Shown here one piece after another: positions 50,649-59,751 of a stretch of 64,000 nt of DNA (position 1 is the stretch's first letter; each line of letters opens with the position of its first letter). Below the pieces are notes generated by a model, which saw nothing but the letters and a program-made list of their open reading frames with translations, ran no database searches and was not told the origin of the DNA. Both the position numbers and the translations under genes were made by a program. Source of the stretch: a virus (Duplodnaviria; Caudoviricetes); the IMG/VR virus record IMGVR_UViG_3300014969_000017, positions 8,795 to 72,794 of that record. One strand, 5' to 3'.

Positions 50649-51700
50649 GGCTCGCTTGTCAGCTTCGTTACGATCTCTAGTGATGGCTACTCGGTAGCTT
50701 CGGCACTCTAGTCATCAACGGTTCGTTCACCATGCACGGCACGCTTCGTTTCCTCGACTCGCTCGCGTAGTACGGTGCGCGACCACCTCGCGGCTCGCTC
50801 CACATCAACGGTTCTCTCCGGTGTACTGGCTCGCTCTCCGTCAACGGTGCGCTATGAGAACGCGGCTCGCTCGCACCTCACGGTCCTCTACAGGTGCAAG
50901 GACTCGCTCCACTCTCTTGGTTCACTTCGGATCAACGGCTCGCTACTCCACCACGGTCCGCTCGTAAGGGGCGGCTCGCTCTCTGTCAACGGTACGGCCT
51001 CTCGACTTGGCTCGCTCACTCTCGACGGTGCGCTGATTTGAAGCGACTCGCTCTCGACCCACAGGTTCTCTCGCATGACTCGGCTCACTCGTTCGCGGTG
51101 GTGCCCTCTGCTCCCACGGTTGCTCTGCGCTAACGGCACGCTCACGGTTAGCGGCTCGCTCTAGCCATGCGGTGCGCTCTTTCCAGTTGGCTCGCTCAAT
51201 CTGCCGGTACGCTCCTGCGACACGACTCGTTCGGCATACTCGGTGCGCTCGCTCATATTGACTCGTTCGTAACGCTCGGTGCGCTCACGCTACACGACTC
51301 GCTCGCTAGATTCGGTTCACTCACACCAGCCCGGCTCGTTAGAGTTGAACGGTACGCTACCCATCCTCGACTCGCTCGCACAAGACGGAACCCTCCAATG
51401 GTGCGGCTCGCTCTCCATTGCTCGGTGCGCTCAGCCATGCTGGCTCGCTCGGCTGCAACGGTCCTCACGTCGAACTCGACTCGCTCTTGTGCATCGGTTC
51501 ACTCGCCGTGGGCGGCTCACTCAATCTGCCGGTACGCTCCTGCGAGACGGTTCGCTCGAAAACGTCGGTACGCTCATCAACAACGGCTCGCTTACTTCCC
51601 TCGGTACGCTCAGTCGTGCTGGCTCGCTCGACACAACCGGGACTTCGTAGGATACGGCTCGCTCGTTCTGCTCGGGCCACTCGCCGTGCGCTGGCTCCTC
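50649..51700 (-). repeat. TIGR-like dual-repeat/dual-spacer array, part 1 (about 29 units of ~36 nt)
   Basis: Same repeats; begins immediately after the stop codon of the Nop-domain gene. Confidence 0.85.
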
Positions 51701-52528
51701 TTACTCGGCCCACGGAAAGTTTGGCACCTGAATCAGATGCGCGTGCCCGAGATGCTCGATGACGTAGGGCTTGGGCGGCATCTCGCCATAGTGCTGGCGG
51801 TAGGCGACGGTCTGCCAGTGACTGAGGAACAACTTCACGGCGTACCGCTGGGCGCGGAGATGGATGCGTGCCTGCGGCAGCAAGCCCTGCTCGTACGCGG
51901 CCTTGGTCTGCGTGTCGCGCTTCCAGTTCTTCGTCGTCAGCGCCGTCGCGGCCTGCTCGGAGAAGTCGTGATTCGCGTTCTTCGCTTCTTCCTGCGCCTT
52001 GCGCTGGACGTAAATCTTGCCGTAAAAGTCGTCCTTGTGCGCCTGCTGCTTCGTGAAGCTCTCCCCGATGATCCAGCAGAGGCGTTTCAACGCGCCATTC
52101 CACGGCCGCTTCTGCCCTTCCTTCCACACCACCGTCGGATCGAGTCCGGCGAAGCGCCAGATGTGCCCCACCGTCGGAGCCTTCGTGATGTCGATGTGCG
52201 CGAGCAAGCCTGCGCTGATCACCGGGCCGATCCCGATGATGCTCTCCGCCCACTTGCCGACCGGGTTGTTCTGGCTGTACGTGCCGAGGGCGCTCTTGAT
52301 GTTGCGCTCCAGCACCGCCGTGTTATCGAACAGCCAGCCGAGTAACTGGTGCGGCTCGCCAGCCTCCTCCAGCGTGCGTGCCTGATGCGCCGCGCGAATG
52401 CGGTCGCGTTGCATGATGTAGTAAGCATCAACTAAAAATCTGGCCTCCGTCGCGGTCAGCGTCTTCGCGGCATTCTTCAGATCGCGATTCAATTTAACAA
52501 TCGGTGCCAGATCGTCTAGTTCTTCCAT
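51701..52528 (-). CDS. Tas-like (TasA-type) Nop/IS110 C-terminal-domain RNA-binding protein without RuvC
   Basis: N-terminal coiled coil, then SIIGIGPVISAGLLAHID...IWRFAGLDP...PWN..LK, Y...K, H.RA.RYAVKLFL; no DEDD domain; abuts the array. Confidence 0.8.
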   Translation of the reverse strand: MEELDDLAPIVKLNRDLKNAAKTLTATEARFLVDAYYIMQRDRIRAAHQARTLEEAGEPHQLLGWLFDNTAVLERNIKSALGTYSQNNPVGKWAESIIGIGPVISAGLLAHIDITKAPTVGHIWRFAGLDPTVVWKEGQKRPWNGALKRLCWIIGESFTKQQAHKDDFYGKIYVQRKAQEEAKNANHDFSEQAATALTTKNWKRDTQTKAAYEQGLLPQARIHLRAQRYAVKLFLSHWQTVAYRQHYGEMPPKPYVIEHLGHAHLIQVPNFPWAE

Positions 52529-53043
52529 GTCCGCCCCGCGCGAATGGCGTTGATCGCATGACGCGACACGCCGAATTCTTTCCCGAGAGCCGCCGCATTC
52601 TCCGTCGGTCGGAGGCGAATCTGCTCTACCTGTTCCAGCGTCAACTTCACCATCGGATGCGCCTCGCCACGAGGCACAAGCTCCGGATGCTTCCGCGCCG
52701 GATGGTCATCGCCATAGAGATGCCCGTGCCGATGGCGACCCTTCGCGAGCTTGTCGTCGGTGTTGGCTTGGTCGTCCCCAAGGAATAGATGCTTCAACCG
52801 GAGACACGGCGGGTTGTCGCATTTGTGCAGCACGCCCATGCCATCCGGGATCTCACCGTGCGCGGCCGTCCACACCAGTCGATGCACGGACATCGGGGAC
52901 TTGAACATCTTGCGTCGTTGAATCAACCCGTAGCCTGCCGTCGTTCGCGCACCGGTCCATTCCAAGCAACCATTCGGTTGCTCGACCGTGCGCGATAAAA
53001 CCTCAAGCAGGAGGTCGTTGGCTTGCTCCTCCGTCATCACCAT
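52516..53043 (-). CDS. HNH endonuclease with C-terminal HTH
   Basis: CLEWTG...GYG...HRLVW...VLHKCDNPPC...HLFLG...N; its stop overlaps the tas start. Confidence 0.8.
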   Translation of the reverse strand: MVMTEEQANDLLLEVLSRTVEQPNGCLEWTGARTTAGYGLIQRRKMFKSPMSVHRLVWTAAHGEIPDGMGVLHKCDNPPCLRLKHLFLGDDQANTDDKLAKGRHRHGHLYGDDHPARKHPELVPRGEAHPMVKLTLEQVEQIRLRPTENAAALGKEFGVSRHAINAIRAGRTWKN

Positions 53044-53106
53044 CGTCGTCTCCGTCTCCGTAGGGATTCTACCGGGCACGAGGCCCGGTAGAACTCAGTC
53101 AGTCTC

Positions 53107-53832
53107 TCATGCCTGCCTGCGGCTCCGGCGAATCTTCGCCGCGATTCCGGCAAGGCCGCTGCCCATCAGAATCAGCGAGGCCGGTTCCGGGACCGGTGGC
53201 GCATCCGTGGGCGTCGGCGTGCAGCCGGGGCAGTCCCCGACACCCGGCGACCCGTCTGCGATCCACGTGCTCAACGCCCCCGTCGGCCCGATGCCCTGCA
53301 AGTGCGCCGCTGCGAAGAACGGCCCGTTGCCACCACCCGGTGCGGCGAGGAAGTTGAACGAGGCAGCGGTCAAGGTGCCCGTGATCAGATCGAGATCGAT
53401 GACCATCGAGTCGCCCTGTCCGAATCGCGCTCCGGCGCTCTCGTTGAAGTTGAACAGGAGGTCATAGATGCCGTCACCATCGGCTTGGCAACAATCCACG
53501 CCACGCGTGATGCCCGTGTAGGCTCCCGACGAATCCGAGATCAGGTTCGTCGTCACCTGTGTGGGGTTCAGCAGCGGATTCAGATTGAGATAGATCCCGC
53601 TGATGAATTCCTGCATCGACAGGTCCAGCGCCGTGAACGTGAGGCGCACGTCGAACCCGGCTCCGGCGGTCGCGTCATTCGCGTTGACGCGCAACCACGG
53701 GGCTGGATCATTCGGCAGCGTCCCGTTACTGAACTGCGTCGAGTAATCGAACGTGATGGAACTGGCTCGCGCCGGTGCGGCCACCAACACGAGCGCCAGA
53801 CACAGCGCCACTAAGAACACACATCGCTTCAT
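53107..53832 (-). CDS. secreted PEP-CTERM protein
   Basis: Signal peptide MKRCVFLVALCLALVLVAAPARA; C-terminus VPEPASLILMGSGLAGIAAKIRRSRR. Confidence 0.85.
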   Translation of the reverse strand: MKRCVFLVALCLALVLVAAPARASSITFDYSTQFSNGTLPNDPAPWLRVNANDATAGAGFDVRLTFTALDLSMQEFISGIYLNLNPLLNPTQVTTNLISDSSGAYTGITRGVDCCQADGDGIYDLLFNFNESAGARFGQGDSMVIDLDLITGTLTAASFNFLAAPGGGNGPFFAAAHLQGIGPTGALSTWIADGSPGVGDCPGCTPTPTDAPPVPEPASLILMGSGLAGIAAKIRRSRRQA

Positions 53833-54523
53833 CACACGCGCCTCCTGCTGGGGGAAAGGAAGAAAGACCCTACGTGTCGGCTTGCTGGAGAAGTTTGAGG
53901 GCCGCTGAAAACTTCGCCACCTTGTCCGCGTCCTGCTGCGCCCGTGCTCGCAACGCCGCCATCTGCTCGCGTGCGCGACGGGTCGCGTCTGCGACTTCGT
54001 CGGCCAGCGCGTCAAGGGTATCAAGGGTCGCCTCCAGCGCGGCAAGGCCGGACGCAAAATCTTCGGGCAAGGGGGACTGAGGGTCGGGCACGAACCGCGC
54101 GTCTTCTGGCAGCACCAGCACACGGTCCCGGAGCCGGTCCCCGTCTGACCGCTCGCGACGATGCGGCCGGTTCGCCGCCGCCTTCTCCATCGCCGCCTTA
54201 ATCTCCGCACGCTCGACCATCGCTCCTCCGGCATCGGGCTGTGTCGCCGTCGGAAACGTGCGGCTATCGACTACGTCCTCGACTTCGCGGCCTTTGAGAT
54301 CGCGGAAAGATGGCATCGCCCACTCCCAGAGTTGTCTAAGTCGCACGCCACACGGCGAAGCCGCGCCGGTCGATGGTCAACCGAAGTACCGTCGCGCACG
54401 TCCCGCACTGGATGGCCGTCCACGCCGTCGCGTACCGCAGACGAGCGCCGCAGTCGCACACCAGTTCGGGCAGGCGCGGCGCATCGTCTGATGACGGAGA
54501 TGGGGGCGTGTCCAGATCGTCCA

Positions 54524-55030
54524 TCAATCTTCACGCTGAATGAGATCGCGAGCGTCCCGCAAGACCTTGCTCGGCACGAACCACGCCGCGTCCCGGTTGT
54601 GCGGCGCTTTCTTCCACGACTCCTGCTTTTTCGCTTCGTGACCGAAGAACCAGCCGCGAAGCTGGAACGACGGCGCTCGACCGGTGACGAGCACCCAGAC
54701 CGCAGCGTCCGAGTCCTCCACGCGCACGATGAGCGACGACGCATCCGGCACCGCGTGTCGTACCTGAATGCCGTACTGCACGTCGTCGCCTTTGTGATAG
54801 GTATCGACGCTGCCACACCAGTACCGATTCGTCGCCTTCGCCACCGCCATCTCCGCGATGGCGGCTTCGATGTCGATGTCCCACGCCCCGAGTCCTTGGT
54901 TCCCCTCGGCGTCCGCTGCCGCGCCGTTCAATCCCTTCTTGCGACTATGGATGCGGCGGCGCACACCGACGCTCGCGGCCTGCTCAACTTCGTCCCATGT
55001 CAGGTTCGACGGCAGCGGCTTAGGAGCCAT
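54524..55030 (-). CDS. hypothetical protein, possibly restriction-endonuclease-like fold
   Basis: AEMAVAK...DV..GIQVR pattern. Confidence 0.45.
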   Translation of the reverse strand: MAPKPLPSNLTWDEVEQAASVGVRRRIHSRKKGLNGAAADAEGNQGLGAWDIDIEAAIAEMAVAKATNRYWCGSVDTYHKGDDVQYGIQVRHAVPDASSLIVRVEDSDAAVWVLVTGRAPSFQLRGWFFGHEAKKQESWKKAPHNRDAAWFVPSKVLRDARDLIQRED

Positions 55031-55228
55031 GTACCACTTCCGGGAACCCGAGATGCGGAAGGTCGCGGCCGCGAATCCCGTGGAGCGCGATGAAGTGCCG
55101 CTGCACCAGCCACGTCCGCCCCTCGCAGGAGATGGGCACAGACGGCCCCTGCTGCGCGACGAGCGCCTCGACGTATCGCTGCGTCTCCGGGTTGGAGTAG
55201 TGCAACGGCTGACCGCAGTGACACGTCG

Positions 55229-55690
55229 TCATGCGGAGGCACCGACCAAAGTTTCCCGCCGAGAAACTTTGACCACAGATAGTTTTCTGCTTCGCAAGTA
55301 GTCGTGCATGTTCGCCGTCGGCGTGTCCCATCGGAGGTTCGCCAGCGCGTTGTTGCCGGGATTATCGTCTTCGTGACAACACACCATCCCGGCTGGACGT
55401 GGGCCGATGAACGCCTCCAACACCAGCCGATGGACTCGACGCGTCAGAATGCGGCCATCTCCTGTCGCTAAGTTCACCGTCCAATAGCCGTCAGCATCGC
55501 GACCGCCAGCGAGCCGTTGCCAGTGCAGACTTAATCGTCCCGGCCCTCCGCGCCCACGCTTACAGCGCGACTCGACAAACCCATCGGAGCCAACGCGATA
55601 CCCGTCAAAGCCTGCGATGGGACGATACTCAACGGGAACATCCAGTGGCGGCAGTAAAGGCTCCACCGGAAACAGCGTCATCTGATTCAC
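55229..55690 (-). CDS. NUMOD4-HNH endonuclease
   Basis: PIAGFDGYRVGSDG.V...VHRLVLEAFIGPRP...CCHEDDNPGNNALANLRW. Confidence 0.8.
   Translation of the reverse strand: MNQMTLFPVEPLLPPLDVPVEYRPIAGFDGYRVGSDGFVESRCKRGRGGPGRLSLHWQRLAGGRDADGYWTVNLATGDGRILTRRVHRLVLEAFIGPRPAGMVCCHEDDNPGNNALANLRWDTPTANMHDYLRSRKLSVVKVSRRETLVGASA
55247..55271. repeat. 25-bp inverted-repeat site, identical to 18641-18665
   Basis: CAAAGTTTC-CCGCCGA-GAAACTTTG at both positions. Confidence 0.7.
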
Positions 55691-56143
55691 GTGCGATCCA
55701 CCGTCGGCGTCGGCATCGGGGTCGGATGCCACCATGACAGGAGGTTCCGCATCTTCGTGCGGCCCTCGGCGCTCGTCAGCTTGGCGTGCATCATCAGCTT
55801 CACTGTGTCGATCATCTGCTCAACCAGTTGGTCCCGGTACTCGGCTTCGGTCGGGCACTCGTGGTCCGGGTCAAACTGGAAGCCCGAATGACAGTGGCAA
55901 CAATGGACATCGAGCGCCGTGCCATGCGCACATCGCGGGTCGTCCGCGATCACGTCGGCTCCTCGGGTAGGAATGAGAACGTCTCCGTGGTGTCCGCGCT
56001 GAACGCTCCGAAGAACCCTCGCCACGCAGGTTCATCGAACACGAGATCGCCGTTCTTCTCCCACGACCCATCGAGGCCCGACGTGCTTTGAAAGACGCGC
56101 ACATGCACGTGCCCACCGCGCTGGATGTACCGAAACCGGAACT

Positions 56144-56557
56144 TCACGCTGGCTCCTCTCGGGACATGACGGGCTGCGCATCGTCCCACTCGTGACCGCA
56201 GACCTGACAGAGCCACAGTCCCGCGATGCGCTCCTGCCGAAGACTCTGACAGGACGGGCAGCGCACGTCCTCGGTCAGCGTGCCCTGCTCGGCGGAGTAC
56301 GCGAGATAGCGCGTGACCTTTGCGACCTTGGCCTGCTCCATCGACTTCGACTGCTCGGTGTTCAGCCACGCGTCGAGGCCAGCCATCCCCAGCACCGCTC
56401 GCAGATCGCAGAACTCCACATAGAAGCGGTCCTCGTTCGTCAGCGTCTGGCCCGGCTGCACTTCGGTGATCCCGAAGCGCAGAATCTTCGACAGCCGCTG
56501 CGCGACCTCGCCGCATTCTTCAATCGCAATCGTGAGGAGATGTTCCTGTCGCGTCAT
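56144..56557 (-). CDS. MazG-like NTP pyrophosphohydrolase with zinc ribbon
   Basis: IEECGEVAQRLSKILRFG...EFCDL; C-terminal CPSC/CQVC. Confidence 0.55.
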   Translation of the reverse strand: MTRQEHLLTIAIEECGEVAQRLSKILRFGITEVQPGQTLTNEDRFYVEFCDLRAVLGMAGLDAWLNTEQSKSMEQAKVAKVTRYLAYSAEQGTLTEDVRCPSCQSLRQERIAGLWLCQVCGHEWDDAQPVMSREEPA

Positions 56558-57554
56558 GGGGTTTTCTCGGCGTAGATGCGCTCCAGAATCTCCACTTGCT
56601 TCTCGGAGAGCCGGTGGCCGCGCGTGATCTGGTCGCTGAGACTTTCGATGAACTGCTGCTCCCACGGCGTCAGGTTCGCCCCGTGATCGACCACCGCCGT
56701 CAGCCACTCGCGGTGCATCTCGTGGTCGTCTCTCGCCATCACGCCTCCAGCCGGAGACATTCGAGGGGCAACCAGTTGCGCGTTCCGGCCACGTCGATGA
56801 TGTCCTTCACGTGCGCTTCGCACTGGCCGTTGTCGTGCCGATGAATCATGGTCTGGCCGCGCGTAATGGTATCGAGATCGACCAGATACGTCTGGCCCAA
56901 CTGGACGCGCTCCTCGAACGTGCAGAGGCCGTCGTCGGTCGCGAGTTTGATCAGGGTGGCTCGCACGATGTGCATCGTCGTCTCCGTCGTCGCCTACTCG
57001 CACACGAGCGTATCACCTACATCTGCGTCCAGTCGAGTGGTCCCACCGAGAGCAGCACCGGGCGAATCGGCGTCCCGAAGATTGTGAGGAAGATGTCCTC
57101 GCCCTTCAGGATGCGCAGGCGCTCCTCTGGCGTCAGTTGCCACCGGGTGATGACCTTGTGATCCGGCGTAACGATACTGGGCAGCGGCACGTACTGCGGC
57201 TGGTCCTTCGCGATCACCGTCGCCTTCGATCCGGTCGGCACCATCGCGGGGTTGACGCGCGGGTCCACGGGTTCCATGTCAGTGCAGCGTCGGGCCAACC
57301 TGCACGACGACCGCTCGCTTCTCCCCGGCAATCTGCTCGATGACGCGCACGCGATACCGGGCCAGTAGCTTCTTGATGTACCGCCGGGCCACACGGGGCG
57401 TGTCCACTACGAAGCCGACCGCGTGTCCCGCCTCGGCCTCCTCGCCAATCACGCGGATGCGCTCATCCTCGGGCAGATGCGAGATGTCGGTGGCGTCGTC
57501 GGGCACCAGTGGATCCATCGCAGAGGCAGCGTAAAACAGCCCCAGCAGCCTCGC

Positions 57555-59084
57555 CTAGAACATTCTGCGCTCGATGGCTTGCCGGGACTCGTCCGCCCCG
57601 CCGCCAATCTTCAGGAGGTCCGTGGCCGCAATCGTGGACCCTCGCGCCAGTTCTCCGAACGCGCCAGCAGCACCGTCCAACTGGTCATCGTGGGCACCGT
57701 GCGGGGCCATGCTCACCTCCGCGAGGAACTGGGCGTTCCACGCGCCCTCCAACAACTCGATGCCGCCGACTTCGGCCTGAATCAGCATCGGTTGCCAGCG
57801 CAGTTCCTTCGCACGCGTGGACGGCACGCCCCGGTAGTTGAACCCGGCCATGTGCTTGCGCCGCATGTTGATGATGGCGAGGCCAGCACTCCCCGGCTCC
57901 TGCTCCTCGCGCACCCGGCACTCGGGGCCGTCGCGCACGGCGGTCTGGCGAATCAGCGCGTTCACATCGCCGCTGCTGGCCTGCACGCGCACGATGTCCG
58001 TGAGGTAGAACCGCTGGCTCGCGACGTGGCGCTCCATCTTGGCTCCCACGGTCCAATCCGGGTCCGATCCGGGCCGTGACTCGCTCCCGCCAATGTCCCA
58101 GAACCGGCACGCCTGCTTCGGGCCGTGGGGGAGACTGGCGACGATGGGGAACCACACGGTCTTCGCCAGCACACCGCCCGGCGGGGTCGGGCGCTGCTGA
58201 TAGAGCGCGTTCCACCAGTGGCCGGGGAGCGTGGACTTGATGGCGTCGAGGCTCTTGACGTTGTACCGGGAGGGCCAGAGCGCCTCGCCGGGCATCCGCC
58301 CCAGTGGGTCATCGGGGGCATCGCAAATCGCCGGGAGGGTCAGGCTCTCCCACTGCTCGCCGCCGACGCTGGCCTGCTGGCGCAGTCGGCCGATGAGGTC
58401 TTCCTCGTGCCAGCGCGTCTGAATGACGATGACAATCCCGCCCGGCTCCAGCCGGGAGCGTGCGGTCGCGCTGTACCAGTTCCACGCGCGGTCCCGATAG
58501 ACCTGTGACGAGGCTTCGATGGCGTCCTTGATGGGGTCGTCAATGATGAGGAGGTCCGCGCCGCGCCCCGTGATGCCGCCCGTCATGCCGACGCACTGCA
58601 TGCGTCCAAGGTGGCCGGTGATGCGCCAGTCGTCCGGCCGGTTGAACTGGCGACGGACATCGAGGTCGAACACTTCTTTGCCGACCAGCGCCAGTGCATC
58701 GCGAGCGCGTTCGCCCCAGCCTCGGGCGAACCCACCGCCGTAGCTGGCGAGGATGACGCGGTGTTCAGGGTTGCGTCCGAGGTACCACGCCGGGAAGTAC
58801 TGCGAACAGAGGAAGCTCTTGCCGTGGCGTGGGGGCATCTCGACCAGCAGCCGCGTGATGCGGCGCTGTTCGAGATCAACCAGCTTCCGGGTCAGGAGGT
58901 TGAGGTGCGGGGCTGTCTGCCACGTCCCCCGGCTCGCTAGGTACGCCAGCCCCGAGGGCAGTGCTCGCGCGAGGGAGCGTGAGTTGATCAAGGAGTTGGA
59001 TCGCCAACTCGGTGGCGGCGGGGTCGTTGGCGATCCGGTCAGCAAAGGAGATTCCCTCGTCTCGCGTATCCTCGACGTGGACAC
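57555..59084 (-). CDS. terL: terminase large subunit (true start uncertain)
   Basis: Walker A MPPRHGKS, Walker B LLIIDDPIK, QTRWHEEDL, YQQRP, nuclease WD...HDDQLD. Confidence 0.9.
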   Translation of the reverse strand: MSTSRIRETRESPLLTGSPTTPPPPSWRSNSLINSRSLARALPSGLAYLASRGTWQTAPHLNLLTRKLVDLEQRRITRLLVEMPPRHGKSFLCSQYFPAWYLGRNPEHRVILASYGGGFARGWGERARDALALVGKEVFDLDVRRQFNRPDDWRITGHLGRMQCVGMTGGITGRGADLLIIDDPIKDAIEASSQVYRDRAWNWYSATARSRLEPGGIVIVIQTRWHEEDLIGRLRQQASVGGEQWESLTLPAICDAPDDPLGRMPGEALWPSRYNVKSLDAIKSTLPGHWWNALYQQRPTPPGGVLAKTVWFPIVASLPHGPKQACRFWDIGGSESRPGSDPDWTVGAKMERHVASQRFYLTDIVRVQASSGDVNALIRQTAVRDGPECRVREEQEPGSAGLAIINMRRKHMAGFNYRGVPSTRAKELRWQPMLIQAEVGGIELLEGAWNAQFLAEVSMAPHGAHDDQLDGAAGAFGELARGSTIAATDLLKIGGGADESRQAIERRMF

Positions 59085-59751
59085 TCTCGGTCGTCAACCC
59101 AAGGGCCAGTCGTTCCATGTTCACCACGGCCGGGACCGCCGCCGCGATCCGGGCGACTTGCGCAATCAGATCCTTCGCGCCAGCGGCCGTCGTCGCGGCG
59201 GCGGTCATCGTCGGCACGAGGTTCGGATCCCGCGCCGCCTCCAGTGCCGCCTTCACCGGCAGCGAGAGCACCGTCAGCATCGCCTGCGCAAACCGCGCGT
59301 GCCGCTCCCGCGCCTCAACCTGCGCCGACACCAGTCGCTCGCGCACCAGCCGGTCGAGTTCGGCGTCCCACGCTCGTGCTCGCTCCACCCAGTCCCACTG
59401 CGACGACCAGAGCCGCCAGTGCTTCGGCGCGTCGGTCAGATGGCCGACCGGCATACCCATGCACTCGGCCTTGTGCGTCTTGTAGGCGTTCAGACACGAG
59501 TGGACCTTCTGGTCCCGGAAGTGGGTGAACGCATGGAAGGCCCAGCTTGTCTCCCCGGCCTGCTGTTCCCACGGCGGAATCGGTTCAGGGATGGGGTCCG
59601 GGAGGTGGGCGACTTCTGCTTCCAGTGCCGCTTCCAGCGCCGCCTCCGCCGACTCCTCCGCCGCAACTTCCGGTTCGACCACGTCCGCGTCTACGTCCGC
59701 GTCTCCGTCCGGTGGGTCAGGTGCCTGCGGTGATTCGTGGATCTCAGCCAT
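58876..59751 (-). CDS. terS: terminase small subunit
   Basis: PWEQQAGET..AF.AF..F...WS....WVERA.AWD; immediately upstream of terL. Confidence 0.7.
   Translation of the reverse strand: MAEIHESPQAPDPPDGDADVDADVVEPEVAAEESAEAALEAALEAEVAHLPDPIPEPIPPWEQQAGETSWAFHAFTHFRDQKVHSCLNAYKTHKAECMGMPVGHLTDAPKHWRLWSSQWDWVERARAWDAELDRLVRERLVSAQVEARERHARFAQAMLTVLSLPVKAALEAARDPNLVPTMTAAATTAAGAKDLIAQVARIAAAVPAVVNMERLALGLTTESVHVEDTRDEGISFADRIANDPAATELAIQLLDQLTLPRASTALGAGVPSEPGDVADSPAPQPPDPEAG

Noticed and set aside
49380-51700. CRISPR array
   Set aside because: Repeats are 9 nt, of two alternating types, with ~9-nt spacers; no cas genes are visible. This fits TIGR, not CRISPR.
49373-52345. ORFs over the array (e.g. 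51167-52345 +, 50021-50680 +, 49373-49687 -)
   Set aside because: Products are Arg/Ser/Leu-rich by-products of the 36-nt period, and frames break where unit length varies.
51701-52528. IS110/IS116 transposon
   Set aside because: No N-terminal DEDD/RuvC domain, no catalytic SG motif and no element ends; the gene is embedded in a phage operon beside the array.
9649-54234. Longest-ORF starts in the track (11598, 13817, 16012, 17483, 32128, 36457, 54234)
   Set aside because: They overlap upstream genes with nonsense-like sequence; downstream coupled starts or starts with an RBS were used instead.
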